A stretch of DNA of 64,000 nucleotides from a bacterium (lineage in GTDB: Bacteria; UBA8248; JACPRG01; G963555815), in contig CAUVWX020000001.1 in NCBI GenBank assembly GCA_963555815.3, positions 672,001-736,000 of the forward strand, read 5' to 3'. Positions 43,158-54,032 of this stretch are shown in pieces. Under the pieces are notes generated by a model. The model saw only the letters and a list, made by a program, of their open reading frames with translations, made no database searches and was not told the origin of the DNA. A program made the translations under genes and the position numbers. The number at the start of each line of letters is the position of its first letter. Position 1 is the first letter of the stretch.

Positions 43158-44300
43158 ATGGCACAGGAAGATATTCGCTTGGCCCGGCTCATCGCCGAGG
43201 AGATCGGCGAGGGCAGAATGACCTTCGCCGACTTCATGGAGCGAGCCCTCTATCACCCAACGCTCGGCTACTACATGAGGCAAGAGCCTCCGGGGGGCCG
43301 CGCGCAGGATTACTATACGAGCCCCGAGGTGGGCCGCCTCTTTGGGAGTTGTCTTGCGCGACAGCTCGGGGAGATGTGGCGTCTCCTCGGTCGGCCCGAG
43401 CCCTTCTTCTTGGTGGAGCTGGGGGCGGGGCGGGGTCTTCTCAGCGAAGACGTCCTGAGGGCCCTTGAAGAGGACAGAGAGTGTCTTGACGCGACCTCCT
43501 GGGTGCTGGTTGAGGTGAGCCCCGCCAGGCTAAGCGAGGCACGTCAGCGGCTCCTCTTGTCTTCGCGGCAGGAAAAGATTTTCGTCGAAGACCTGAGCGG
43601 ATGGGAGCCCCCTGAAGCGGGCGCCGCCTGCTTTTTCTCCAACGAGCTCCTCGATGCCCTTCCGGTCCACAGGGTCTGCCAGGAGGGCTCGCGCCTCCGG
43701 GAGATCTACGTCAGACAAGAAGGGGGGAGATTCTATGAGGAGGCGGGTGAACCCTCGAGCCCGGAGTTGGAATCCTACCTGCAGGATCTTCACATGAAGC
43801 TCCCCGAGGGGGTGAGGACCGAGATTTGCCTAAAGACCATTGAGTGGATGAAGGAAGTGGGCAGGAAGCTCAAACGAGGATTCATCATCACCATTGACTA
43901 CGGCCACCCGGCAACGGAACTCTATTCGCTCCTCAGGCCCCAGGGGACTCTTGTTTGCTATTACCGGCACACCGCCCACGAGAACCCCTACGTCCGGGTG
44001 GGGGGCCAAGACATCACGGCCCATGTGGATTTCACCCACCTCGCCCGGGCCGGGAGGGAAGCGGGGGTTCAGCTGACGGGATTCACCGACCAGCTCCACT
44101 TTCTCATGGGCCTGGGCGCCCCGGAGCTTGCCTCGAAGGTTTTTGGGGGAGACACCCTCCGCCAGTCTCTGGCCCTAAAAACCCTCCTTTTGCCGGGGGG
44201 GCTCGGGGGGACGATGAAGATCCTCATCCAGCACAAGGGGGATTTTTCCGGCGCCCTCTCGGGCCTGAAGTCTTCTCCCTTTAGAAATAGTGAGTTATAG
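43158..44300 (+). CDS. MidA/NDUFAF7-family SAM-dependent methyltransferase
   Basis: DYYTSPE, ELGAGRG, NELLDALP, IDYG, QDITAHVDF. Confidence 0.9.
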   Translation: MAQEDIRLARLIAEEIGEGRMTFADFMERALYHPTLGYYMRQEPPGGRAQDYYTSPEVGRLFGSCLARQLGEMWRLLGRPEPFFLVELGAGRGLLSEDVLRALEEDRECLDATSWVLVEVSPARLSEARQRLLLSSRQEKIFVEDLSGWEPPEAGAACFFSNELLDALPVHRVCQEGSRLREIYVRQEGGRFYEEAGEPSSPELESYLQDLHMKLPEGVRTEICLKTIEWMKEVGRKLKRGFIITIDYGHPATELYSLLRPQGTLVCYYRHTAHENPYVRVGGQDITAHVDFTHLARAGREAGVQLTGFTDQLHFLMGLGAPELASKVFGGDTLRQSLALKTLLLPGGLGGTMKILIQHKGDFSGALSGLKSSPFRNSEL

Positions 44301-44344
44301 GATGGACCGGGGTTTTGGCCCCTCACCCTAAGACGATTTGGCCT

Positions 44345-44373
44345 TGACAGGAAAAGAAGCAAGGGCTAAATTT
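44345..44373 (+). promoter_or_regulatory. sigma70 promoter of Rrf2 gene
   Basis: TTGACA-17 nt-TAAATT. Confidence 0.55.
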
Positions 44374-44421
44374 TTGATATCTCCGGCCGATTAAGTCGTA
44401 CTTAGGACAAGGAGTCATCCC

Positions 44422-45123
44422 GTGCAGATGCAGATCAGTCGTCGAGTGGACTACGCCCTCAGGGCAATGGGGGTTTTGGCGGCCCAGCCCCCGGGGAAGG
44501 TCACGAATCTCTCCGAGATTGCTCAGGCAGGGGGGATTCCGAGCCGGTTTCTTGAGAAGATCATGAGGCCGCTTGTGAACCACGGCTACGTCAAGGCCCA
44601 CCTTGGCCCCAGGGGGGGATACACCATCGCCCGCAAGGCGGATGAGATCACCTTCAAGGAGGTCATTGAGTCCGTCGAGGGCCCTATCGCCGTCAACGAG
44701 TGCATCCCCTTTGCGGAGGCCTGCACTCAGTCGGCACATTGTTATCAGCTGCCCATCTGGAGAAAGCTCCAGGGGGCCATTGAGGAAATGCTCCTTGAGC
44801 ATACGATTGGGGAATTGGTCAGCCAGTCGGCCGGGTGGCGGAACGGCCAGGAGCCCTGGAAACGGGAGGAATTTCTATCGCCCTCTTTGGTTGTAGAGGG
44901 TGAGGGGTCAACCAAGCCCGGGTCAGGCTTACGCCAGGCCCGGCCTAGAAACCTCGGAGGACCTCCCTTGGGAAGCGAAACGAGCGAGGCCGTCATGGTG
45001 GGAATGTTGAAGCTTAATCCCACGCCGGGAAGCAGGACAGGCTTTCTGGGGAACCCATCCGAGGAGAGGGGGGGAACAAAAGGTGAGATGCCCAAAATGC
45101 GAGGGCCTGATGATCCCCTTTAA
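44422..45123 (+). CDS. Rrf2-family regulator with three Cys and a C-terminal extension
   Basis: DYALRA, GPRGGY, VEG; C-x5-C-x5-C. Confidence 0.85.
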   Translation: MQMQISRRVDYALRAMGVLAAQPPGKVTNLSEIAQAGGIPSRFLEKIMRPLVNHGYVKAHLGPRGGYTIARKADEITFKEVIESVEGPIAVNECIPFAEACTQSAHCYQLPIWRKLQGAIEEMLLEHTIGELVSQSAGWRNGQEPWKREEFLSPSLVVEGEGSTKPGSGLRQARPRNLGGPPLGSETSEAVMVGMLKLNPTPGSRTGFLGNPSEERGGTKGEMPKMRGPDDPL

Positions 45124-45292
45124 GCATTATGGTTTTGGATCGGATTTGGCTGGGTCATTTTACGGATGGCACTGTATTCACTGCGGAGAGATCTTGGACG
45201 CGGTCATCGTCGAAAACCGCGCCCAGGCCCAGATGGCCATAGGGGGCAAGGAGCCTGTGGTCCTCAAGCGGAGGCGGGTTGTGATCCGCTGA
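45083..45292 (+). CDS. Small zinc-ribbon protein
   Basis: CPKC.GLM...W.CIHCGEILD. Confidence 0.7.
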   Translation: MRCPKCEGLMIPFKHYGFGSDLAGSFYGWHCIHCGEILDAVIVENRAQAQMAIGGKEPVVLKRRRVVIR

Positions 45293-45322
45293 GGGTCTGG
45301 AAGAAGGGATTTTTAGAAGGCG

Positions 45323-45357
45323 AGGCCCCTGGGAGAAACCCCGGGGGCTTTTCCTTT
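45323..45357 (+). terminator. Rho-independent terminator
   Basis: AGGCCCCTGGG/CCCGGGGGCTT stem followed by T-rich tail. Confidence 0.65.
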
Positions 45358-45568
45358 GTGGGCAGAAATTGAACTTTTAGTGATTAGTCCGGTCGGTCGG
45401 GCGAGGGTGTGGTCACGAAGAAGCTGATTAAGATGAAGACCAGGATTTTCTTCACCGGTTCTCCCCCCCAATAGAAACCGGCCGTCAATTCCCAGGTCAA
45501 GGTCGAAGCCTAAAAATTTGGCCACAAATCAGCGGTTTTGGTCAAGGCCTTTTCGCCCGGGGGAGGCC

Positions 45569-46567
45569 CTATTTCTCCCCTGATGGGGCCTCTTCCCTTC
45601 TCTCAAGCTCCCTGAGAAGGGGGGTCTTATAGATCTGGCGATCCAGTGAACGGTGGCGGGGCGTGAAGGGCTCCGCCCCCCGGTCCCGCTCCACGGCCCT
45701 CTCGAATATCTGGACCTTGGCGTCCAGGTCGTCGGCGTAGTGGAGGGCCAGGGCCTCCAGGGTCTGGGGGACTCGGGGGGAGTTCCACTCGGGACGCCCC
45801 TGGTGGCTCAAGACGAGATGTTCAAGCTCTACGAGATCTTCCTCAGGGAAATCTGGTATTTCTTTTGCCTTCTCCCGGACCATGTCTCGCCCCTGGATGA
45901 TGTGGCCGATGAGGCGGCCGGAGGTCGTGTAGTGGGTCTCCCCCTCGAAGGAGAGCTCCTTCAGCTTCCCGATGTCGTGGAGAATGGCGCCTGCAAGGAG
46001 GAGGTCCCGGCGGACAGGGTATTTCTCGGCGAGATAAAGACAGGTCCGCGTCACTGAGAGGGTGTGCTCAAGGAGCCCCCCGACGAAGGGGTGGTGGTGA
46101 TATTGGGAGGCGGGGGCCCTGCAGAAAGCCTCCCGGTGGCCCGACAAAAGTTCGAGCACGAGATCCTTGATGGGAGCAGAGAAGGTTTCTCCAATCCCCA
46201 CGATCTCTGACCACATGGCCTCGACATCGTAAGCGGTCCTCTCTTCGAAATGGTCCTCTTTAAAGCCATAGGCCCGGTCCTCTTCGGTCACCCGGCGGAT
46301 CTTTTTCAGGACGAGCTGAGGGGTCTCCTGATAAAGCTCCACCTGGCCTGCGACGGCGACGAAATCCCCCCGGGTCAGATCCTCCCCATCCCCGTAGTCC
46401 CACACCTTGGCCTGGATTTCACCCGTTTTGTCCTTCAGCTTGAGGTCAAGATAGGGTTTGCCGCCCCGGGTTTCCTTGACCTGGATGAAGCTGATGCGGA
46501 AAAAGCCGTTGATGTGTTCCTTGGGCTTCAGGTCCGCTACATATTTGAGGTGAGTCCCGTCAGACAT
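45569..46567 (-). CDS. 3'-5' exoribonuclease YhaM family (OB + HD)
   Basis: DKTGEIQAKVW, HH..GGLLEH, LHDIGK, GHI, SHQG, ADDLDAK. Confidence 0.9.
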   Translation of the reverse strand: MSDGTHLKYVADLKPKEHINGFFRISFIQVKETRGGKPYLDLKLKDKTGEIQAKVWDYGDGEDLTRGDFVAVAGQVELYQETPQLVLKKIRRVTEEDRAYGFKEDHFEERTAYDVEAMWSEIVGIGETFSAPIKDLVLELLSGHREAFCRAPASQYHHHPFVGGLLEHTLSVTRTCLYLAEKYPVRRDLLLAGAILHDIGKLKELSFEGETHYTTSGRLIGHIIQGRDMVREKAKEIPDFPEEDLVELEHLVLSHQGRPEWNSPRVPQTLEALALHYADDLDAKVQIFERAVERDRGAEPFTPRHRSLDRQIYKTPLLRELERREEAPSGEK

Positions 46568-46570
46568 CGG

Positions 46571-46984
46571 TTATCTCGTAGATTGGGTCTCGACAAGCTC
46601 GATCAGAACGCCTGAGGCGGTCTTCGGGTGAAAGAAGCAGATGAGATGTCCGAGGATCCCCGGGCGAGGCTCTGGGTCGATGGGCTGAAGGCCCTTCTCA
46701 ACGAGGGTTTTCATGGCGGCCCGGATATCCTCCACCTGGTAGGCCAAGTGGTGAAGCCCTTCCCCGCGCTTTTTAAGAAAGCGGCCCAGGACGCTCTCTT
46801 CTCTGAGGGGGGCGAGGAACTCTATCACGCTGTCTCCGATCTCCACGAGTGCGGCGTCGACCTCACCGTTAAAGTTCGGATGGCGGCTTCGGACCTTTCC
46901 ACCAAGGGCGGACTCGTAGAGGGAGACGGTCGCCTCGAGATCTCGGACGCCCACCCCGATGTGATCCAGCTTTCCCAGTTTCAT
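46571..46984 (-). CDS. mce: Methylmalonyl-CoA epimerase / VOC family
   Basis: DHIGVGV, GEGLHHLAY, FFHPK...GVLIELVE. Confidence 0.85.
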   Translation of the reverse strand: MKLGKLDHIGVGVRDLEATVSLYESALGGKVRSRHPNFNGEVDAALVEIGDSVIEFLAPLREESVLGRFLKKRGEGLHHLAYQVEDIRAAMKTLVEKGLQPIDPEPRPGILGHLICFFHPKTASGVLIELVETQSTR

Positions 46985-47015
46985 CCTCAGGCCTTTCAGG
47001 GATCAAATTCAGGTC

Positions 47016-48089
47016 TCATCCTTCCGAGGCCAGACGGGGCGATTCATTTCGCCACACCTCGGGCGTCTCGCCCAGTTTTGGCCGGACGATCCCCCTCTCC
47101 GTAATGATGGCGTCCACCAGCGAGGCCGGTGTGATGTCAAAAGCGGGGTTGAACACCTCCACCCCCTCGGGGCAGATGCGTTTTCCTCCGATGTGCGTCA
47201 CTTCCTCGGGCGCCCTCTCCTCGATGGGGATTTCCTCTCCGGACGGAAGACTAAAATCGATGGTCGAAAGGGGCGCCGCCACATAAAAGGGGAGACTGTT
47301 TTCCCGGGCGAGGACGGCCACCGTGTAGGTCCCGATCTTGTTGGCCACATCCCCATTCCGTGCGATGCGGTCCGCCCCGACGATGACGGCGTGGACGTCG
47401 CCGCGCCGCATGCAATAGCCGGCCATGTTGTCCGTGATGAGAACGATCGGGATCCCCTCCTTCTTGAGCTCCCAGGCGGTGAGGCGGGAGCCCTGAAGAA
47501 AGGGGCGGGTTTCGTCTACATAGACCAGGGAGAGCTTTCCCTGCCGGAAGGCAGAGCGAATGACCCCCCCCGCCGTCCCGTATCCCGCTGTGGCCAAAGA
47601 CCCGGCGTTGCAATGGGTCAGAAGCCGGGACCCGGCCGACAGGAGCGAGGCGCCTTGTTCCCCAATCCTGTGGTTGATGGCGATATCCTCCTCCTTGACC
47701 CGGTGGGCCTCCGCGAGGAGCCGGTCTGCGAACCCCTGAGTCCCCGCCCCGGACGCCAGGGCATTGCGGGCGGTCTGCAGGAGACGATGGGCGGCCCAGG
47801 CGAGGTTGACAGCGGTCGGCCGTGTTCCCTTGAGGGACTCGGCGGCCCTCTCCAGGTGGAGCAGAAGATCCTGGGGCGTTCGGTCTGAGACCTCCTTCGC
47901 TGCCAGGGCCATCCCATAGGCCGCCGCCACTCCGATAGCCGGGGCCCCCCGGACGACCATGGTGCGAATCGCCTCGCCCACTTCCCCACAGTCCCTGCAC
48001 GAGATGTAGGTCTCCTCCCCCGGCAGCTTCCTCTGGTCGAGGAGGAGGAGGGCGCCCTCCCGGAATTCAAGAGTTTGGACATTCGACAT
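47016..48089 (-). CDS. mtnA: S-methyl-5-thioribose-1-phosphate isomerase
   Basis: VRGAPAIG, RPTAVNL, THCNAG, DETRP, ANKIGT. Confidence 0.95.
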   Translation of the reverse strand: MSNVQTLEFREGALLLLDQRKLPGEETYISCRDCGEVGEAIRTMVVRGAPAIGVAAAYGMALAAKEVSDRTPQDLLLHLERAAESLKGTRPTAVNLAWAAHRLLQTARNALASGAGTQGFADRLLAEAHRVKEEDIAINHRIGEQGASLLSAGSRLLTHCNAGSLATAGYGTAGGVIRSAFRQGKLSLVYVDETRPFLQGSRLTAWELKKEGIPIVLITDNMAGYCMRRGDVHAVIVGADRIARNGDVANKIGTYTVAVLARENSLPFYVAAPLSTIDFSLPSGEEIPIEERAPEEVTHIGGKRICPEGVEVFNPAFDITPASLVDAIITERGIVRPKLGETPEVWRNESPRLASEG

Positions 48090-48178
48090 GGGTTGAATCC
48101 ACTCTCCAGACGGTGTTGTGTTCAGACTCCGATTGGTTTTGTCGAGGGCGCCCCCTCTTTGCCTTTTCCGGGCGTTCC

Positions 48179-48655
48179 TCATTCCTGCGGTTCCTCGTCT
48201 GGGGTGTTCTGCTGCTCTTCCATGTCCAGCATGCGGAGGTGGGTCTCCAGCATGGCACGGAGGTTGAGGATGAACTGCTTTCTTCGCCTGATGAGATCCG
48301 TCAGGTCATCGGTCACGTTTTTGACCTGAAAGCGGGAGGAGTGGATGATCTCGTCGGCCTTCAGGTTGGCGTTTCTCAGGACGAGTTCGGCCTCCTTCTT
48401 GGCGTGGAGGGTGATCTCCTCCTTCATGACCTGGGCGGAGAGGAGGGTCTTCTTCAGGTTGGCCTCGTTTTCCCGATAGCCTCCCGTCTCCTGCTGGTGC
48501 TTGGCGAGATCGTCCTTCAAGCGGGCGTTCTCCCGACCCAGCTCATCCAGCTCCTCGGCCACCATCTCGAGGAAGGCGTCCACCTCCTGAGGGTCAAAAC
48601 CCCGAAACTTGACTGTAAACCTCTGTTGCCGGACATCAACTGGCGCGATCTTCAT
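48179..48655 (-). CDS. divIVA: DivIVA domain protein
   Basis: FRGFDPQEVDAFL plus coiled coil. Confidence 0.85.
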   Translation of the reverse strand: MKIAPVDVRQQRFTVKFRGFDPQEVDAFLEMVAEELDELGRENARLKDDLAKHQQETGGYRENEANLKKTLLSAQVMKEEITLHAKKEAELVLRNANLKADEIIHSSRFQVKNVTDDLTDLIRRRKQFILNLRAMLETHLRMLDMEEQQNTPDEEPQE

Positions 48656-48685
48656 GCGCCTCTCTCCTTGAGGCTGTTCCATCTT

Positions 48686-48982
48686 CTACCTCAATTGAAA
48701 CGCCAGATCCCTTAATGAGGACACCGCAAAGGACTGAAGAAAGATGATGATGAGAATGACGATGAGAGGAGAAAAATCGATCCCGTATCCGAAGGGAAGA
48801 CGGGTTCGAATGGGATACAGGATGGGCTCCGTGATCGCGTAGAGGATCTGGACAAGGGAGTTGTAGGGGTCCGGGCTGAACCAGGAGATGATGGCCCGAA
48901 TAACGATAATGAACATGTAGATCCTGAGGATGATGCCGAGAATGGTGGCGATGGCCCCAAGAAGGTTTCCCAAGATAAACAC
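48686..48982 (-). CDS. yggT: YggT family membrane protein
   Basis: ISWFSPDPYN, TEP, IDFSP. Confidence 0.9.
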   Translation of the reverse strand: MFILGNLLGAIATILGIILRIYMFIIVIRAIISWFSPDPYNSLVQILYAITEPILYPIRTRLPFGYGIDFSPLIVILIIIFLQSFAVSSLRDLAFQLR

Positions 48983-48985
48983 AGT

Positions 48986-49801
48986 TTACTCCCTGCGGCC
49001 CAGTTCCTGGGAGCGGCGGGTGGCCGCCTCCACCGCGTCGATGAGAGAGCTCCGAAGAGACCCCGCCTCCAGGGCCTCCAAACCCGCGACGGTGGTCCCC
49101 CCAGGGGAGGACACCATCTCCTTGATCTGGCTGGGATGTCTTCCGGTCTCCAGGACCATCTGGGCGGTCCCGGCCACTGTTTGGGCCGCCAGGGTCAACG
49201 CCACCTCGCGCGGGAGGCCCATCTTGACCCCCCCGTCGGCCAGGGCCTCCACCACGACCGCCACAAAGGCGGGGCCGCTGCCCGAGAGGCCAGTGACCGC
49301 GTCCATCAGGCCTTCCTCGACCTCCAGGGCCTGGCCCACGGAATTGAGGATGGTCACTACCAGGTCCAGATCCTTTTTATTTGCCTTGCTCCCCAGGGCC
49401 ACCCCCGCCGCCCCCCTTCCGATGAGGGCCGGCGTGTTGGGCATCACCCTAATCACCCGCCCTCGACCGCCGAGACCCTCTTCGACAACGCGAATGGGGA
49501 CGCCCGCGGCGATGGTGACGACGAGCTGATCGTCCTTCACCACACCGGAGAGACCTCTCAAGGCGCTGGTCATCTGCTGTGGCTTAATCGCCAGGAGGAT
49601 GACCTCGGCCCCTTTCGCCGCCTGGGCGTTATCCGGGCAGACCAAAACCTGATAGGTCTTGCGAAGGGACTCCAGGCGAGCCGGGAGAACGTCCGAGACC
49701 AGGATACTTGAGGGGGGGATAGAGTCCGCGCGAATGAGACCCCCGATAAGGGCCTCGCCCATGTTGCCCCCGCCGATGACGGCAAGGTGCCCATTTTTCA
49801 A
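48986..49801 (-). CDS. proC: Pyrroline-5-carboxylate reductase
   Basis: [29 protein letters not shown]; start uncertain. Confidence 0.95.
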   Translation of the reverse strand: MKNGHLAVIGGGNMGEALIGGLIRADSIPPSSILVSDVLPARLESLRKTYQVLVCPDNAQAAKGAEVILLAIKPQQMTSALRGLSGVVKDDQLVVTIAAGVPIRVVEEGLGGRGRVIRVMPNTPALIGRGAAGVALGSKANKKDLDLVVTILNSVGQALEVEEGLMDAVTGLSGSGPAFVAVVVEALADGGVKMGLPREVALTLAAQTVAGTAQMVLETGRHPSQIKEMVSSPGGTTVAGLEALEAGSLRSSLIDAVEAATRRSQELGRRE

Positions 49802-49835
49802 TATCCCTCTTGTCTTTCGCTGAGGCAATTTGGAC

Positions 49836-50528
49836 TCACTCCCGGGGGCCGAAGATGGCCGATCCGATCCGAACCGAAGTGGCCCCCTCCTCAATGGCGA
49901 CCTCGAAATCAGCCGTCATTCCCATCGAGAGCTCCTGGACCTCGTGAAAGCCCTTGTCGACGAGGTTGTCTCGAAGCCTTCGAAGGGCTTGAAACCAGGG
50001 GCGGCTTTCCTCCGGACGCTTGGGACGGGGGGGCATGGTCATCAGGCCTCGCAGTTGAAGATGGGGAAGGCCCCTGAGGGCCTCTGCCAGGACCGGGACC
50101 TCTTCAGGCCGGCAGCCGTGCTTGCCGCTCTCCCCCGCCACGTTGACCTGGAGAAGGACGTCCATCTTAGTTCCCTCGGCCTGTGCGCAACGCGCCAGGG
50201 TCTCGATGAGGGGAAGGCTGTCAACCGAGTGGATGAGCTCGAAGAGCCCAACGACGCGGCGGACCTTGTTTCGCTGGAGATGGCCGACCAGATGCCACCG
50301 GGGCCGAAGACCCTCCCCGTCCAGCTGGGCGGCCTTCTGCACCGCCTCTTGGACCCGGTTTTCTCCGAACCACTGGACGCCCGCCTCGAGGGCCTCCCGG
50401 ATGAGGGGAACAGGGACCGTCTTCGTGACACTGATCAGTCGGACCTCATCCGGCCCTCGGCCAGCCCTGCGGGCGGCGTCGGTGATCCGGGCCCGGACCT
50501 CCACCAGATTATCAGCGATCTGCCCCAT
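49836..50528 (-). CDS. yggS: PLP homeostasis protein YggS
   Basis: [34 protein letters not shown]. Confidence 0.95.
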   Translation of the reverse strand: MGQIADNLVEVRARITDAARRAGRGPDEVRLISVTKTVPVPLIREALEAGVQWFGENRVQEAVQKAAQLDGEGLRPRWHLVGHLQRNKVRRVVGLFELIHSVDSLPLIETLARCAQAEGTKMDVLLQVNVAGESGKHGCRPEEVPVLAEALRGLPHLQLRGLMTMPPRPKRPEESRPWFQALRRLRDNLVDKGFHEVQELSMGMTADFEVAIEEGATSVRIGSAIFGPRE

Positions 50529-50758
50529 TTCCTAAGACCAGCTGAACCCTACGCGATAGTTTATCTCATAATTGCCCGTTGGGGCCCGTGCAAAAGGTAT
50601 TTTATAGAGTGTCGGGAATTATTCTCCCATGAGGCCTGTTTGCCTATCCATGGGATTGGGATAGTGTTTCTTTTGTGCTTTTCGTATAATTGATGAAAAA
50701 TAAGAGTTCTTACCTCCTTATTGTTAAGCGATTATAGCTCCAAGCGAGGGGGAGTGTC

Positions 50759-52847
50759 ATGCAGATATCTCTACGGGCTTGAAGCATACCGATGGTTTTT
50801 TTGCTCTTCTTGGCTGCTTGTGCCGGACAGCGGGGCACCACCACTGTGGACGTAGGCGGGCACGAGGTGTCCTGTGTGGAGCCTCCAGCTGAGGCGAGGC
50901 GGACCCTAAAGCTCAGCGCCAACGTGGAAGGAATCGCGGGGATCGCCGGGGCTGGAGGCTCCATCGAAACCAAATGGCAGCGGATTCGAGGGGTTTCGCC
51001 AAGGGGGGCAGACTTCGACGTTATCTCCTACCAGCCCTGCTTGGCTTACGCACAGGGTCTTCTCTTTCAGGATGCTTATGAGCAGATGCTCTACGGCGCT
51101 GCCCAGCCTGCAGGCGAGGACGGCGGTTCCTTTCGAAAGAAATGGGTCCTGACGGGGAACGTCTTTGTGGAAGGGAAAACGGGCCAGGCGGTTGAGGGTG
51201 CCGAGATAGAGCTCACACTGGAACCTCTTCGGTTTACCGCCACGGGCGCAGACGGGGCCTTCTGCGTCACCATGCTGGGACGGGACGAGGGACGCACGGC
51301 CTCGTTGCGTGTCCGAAAAGATGGTTTTGAACTTTACACGAGGAGTTCTATTCGGCTGACGCCGACCTTGGGGGCCCTGGACATTCCGCTTGTGCCTGTC
51401 CTCCCCACCTTCTTCTGTTGAGGGGCGGATCTATGACCCCGCCGATCCGGACCGAGGGGTCGAAGGGGCAGAGGTCGCGGTGGAGACCCGTCCGAGGGTC
51501 GTGGTTCGCTCCCTCTTGGAGGGCCGGTTCCGGGTGGAAATCCCCAGCGAAGCCGAGAATGAACCCCTGACCCTTCAGGTGAGGAAAGGGGGTTTTAACA
51601 CCTTCAAACAGGATTTCCGTTTCGAGCGCAAGATGGCTCCGATAGATATCGCCCTCGTCCGCGAGGCCTTCGTCTTCCGGGGCGTCATCGTGGCCGGCGA
51701 CCAGCAGGGACAGCCGGTGGAGGGGGCCCAGGTGACCCTATCGCTGGATCCCCCCGTTCGGGTCCGCACCAAGAGCGACGGGGGCTTTCTCTTCAAAATT
51801 CCCCAGGAGTATAACGACCAGTTTCGCTCTCTCCGGGTGGAGAAAGAGGGCTATGAGATCGCTATGGGGGATTTCCGGTTGCAGCAAGAGGGCCAGCAGA
51901 TCGAGGTCACCCTGGAGCGGGAACAGGCATACGGCCTCTACGAAGATGGGTTGAGCTTCATGAAGGAGGGGAAATTTCGCGCGGCCGCCGAGGCCTTCGC
52001 CGACGCCAACCATCAGTGGGGCCGTGCCCTGGAAGAGCAAGACTCCTTTGACCAGGCGGTCGAGAAGTACAGGCGGGCCACCGAGCTGGACTCCAACCGT
52101 TCCGATTACGAGCTCGCCCTCGCTCAAACCCTTCGAGCGCTGCAGAATCTGCAAGAGGCCACTGCACACTACGAGCGCGCACTGGAGATCAAGCCCGATC
52201 TCTTTGAAGCCTGCAAGCAACTGGCCGATGTCCTTTTTGACCGGGGGGCACAGTCGAACGACACGGCACTGGTGGAAAGAGCCATCGAGACCCGTCAGCG
52301 GTGTCAGGCCCTCGAGGAACAAGGCTTTGCACCCTCCGGGGAAGAAAGCCCCGTGCCCTTCAGGGCTCAAAAAGAAGACCCCTTCCAGGTGGCCGGGATT
52401 GTCCCCTCTCCAGAGTCCAATTCCCTGGGCGTTCTAAAGACGCTGGAAGGCCAGGTGGTCCCCTTGGAGGCGTTTCGGGGGAGGGTGGTCCTTTTGACTT
52501 TCTGGGCCACCTGGTGCGGCCCCTGCCGAGAGCAGATGGCCTTGCTGGAGAGTCTCTACCGTCAGTTCGAGGGAGAAGATTTCACCGTCCTCGCCGTCTC
52601 CATCGGCGCTGAGGGCCCTGGGCCCGTCAGGGGCTTTGCAGAAGAGTTGAATTTCACCTTTCCCATCTTCCACGATTCCCAGAAGGAACTGGCCTCCCAG
52701 TTCGGCGTAGCGAGCTTGCCGACCACGCACCTCATCGACCGCGAGGGGAGAGTCCTCGGGCATGTTACCGGACGCCGCGAGTGGGACACGGGGTCGATGC
52801 GAGCCCTCTTGAAGTCTCTCCTCGACGAGGGAAGGGGGGATGGGTAG
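50759..52847 (+). pseudogene. Lipoprotein with carboxypeptidase-regulatory-like repeats, TPR and C-terminal TlpA thioredoxin; disrupted
   Basis: RBS-proximal ATG 50759 hits in-frame TGA at 50780-50782; lipobox LAAC; frameshift near 51410 between repeated GxxVEGA domains; FWATWCGPC. Confidence 0.7.
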
Positions 52848-52868
52848 AATCCCTGTTTCAGCATCAAA

Positions 52869-53960
52869 ATGATGGACAGCCGGTTGAGGGCAGTGGGTGT
52901 GGATAGCTTGTCCTATCAGCTTACTGAGCGCCATCAGCGGGTCCTCATGGCGGTTATCCGCAGTTTTGTGGAGGGGGCCGAGCCTGTAGGTTCGCGTACG
53001 CTCTCCCGGAGCCATCTGCGGGAGCTGAGCCCGGCCACCATCCGAAATGTTATGGCGGACCTCGAAGAAATGGGGTACCTCGATCAACCCCACCATTCTG
53101 CAGGCCGGGTTTCCACGGAAAAGGCCTATCGTCTTTACGTGAACAGCTTGGGGCCTCTCCCCGTGGTCTCCAGGGCGGACACGGATTGGATTCGGAAGGG
53201 ATATCCTAAGCGCGTCCGCTCTGTGGGTGAGCTAATGGACTCCACCTCCAAGGTCCTTTCGACCATGACCCGGCAGGCCAGTCTCGTATTTCTCTCCAAT
53301 TTGTCCAAGACCGTCTTCAAACAGGTTCGGTTCATCAAGCGACATCCCTTTCGGGCTCTCGTGGTCTTGGTGTCTCAGGGGGGGTTGGTGGAGCACAAGG
53401 CCATCCAGCTGGATGAGGATCTCTCCCAGGACTACTTGGACAAGGTGGCCACCTATCTCAACGAAGAGTACTCCGGGATGAGCCTCCGGCAGGTCCGCCA
53501 GAAGATCTATCTCAGGATGGAAGAGCAGAAGAGACAGTTCGACGTACTCTACCGCGAGGCCTTGAAACTCAGTCAGAAGGCTTTTCTCGAGGACGAGGGG
53601 GAAGAAGAGGACACCATCTACCTCGGAGGGGCCTACCATATCCTCACTCAGCCCGAATTCAAGGCCGACGTCGGCAAGATGAGGGCCCTCTTTGAAACCT
53701 TCGAGGAGAAGAGCAGGCTCATGGCTATCCTGGACAAGTGCCTGGCCTCCAGAGGGATGACGGTCTTCATCGGATCGGAAAACGAGATTGCGTCGATGGA
53801 GGATTGCGCCCTCATTGCACGGACCTACGGGGATGAGGAAGCCCTCCTGGGAACCCTTGGGGTCGTGGGGCCAAAGCGCATGGAGTACCCCCGGATCATG
53901 GCCTTGGTGGATCACACGGCCCGGACCCTCAGCCACCTCCTCGCCGTAAGCGCCTTTTAG
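52869..53960 (+). CDS. hrcA: Heat-inducible transcription repressor HrcA
   Basis: EPVGSRTL, SPATIRNVMADLEEMGYL.QPH.SAGR, GVVGPKRM.Y. Confidence 0.95.
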   Translation: MMDSRLRAVGVDSLSYQLTERHQRVLMAVIRSFVEGAEPVGSRTLSRSHLRELSPATIRNVMADLEEMGYLDQPHHSAGRVSTEKAYRLYVNSLGPLPVVSRADTDWIRKGYPKRVRSVGELMDSTSKVLSTMTRQASLVFLSNLSKTVFKQVRFIKRHPFRALVVLVSQGGLVEHKAIQLDEDLSQDYLDKVATYLNEEYSGMSLRQVRQKIYLRMEEQKRQFDVLYREALKLSQKAFLEDEGEEEDTIYLGGAYHILTQPEFKADVGKMRALFETFEEKSRLMAILDKCLASRGMTVFIGSENEIASMEDCALIARTYGDEEALLGTLGVVGPKRMEYPRIMALVDHTARTLSHLLAVSAF

Positions 53961-54032
53961 AGATCTCGCTGAAGAATCAACTGAAGAGATCCTCCTTTCA
54001 GGTCGAAGAGCGCGTCTTCGTAGGAGTTCCCC

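Noticed and set aside
51416..51421. C-TGA as a CU motif
   Set aside because: Another stop follows 5 codons later; homologous repeats continue in a different frame (frameshift)
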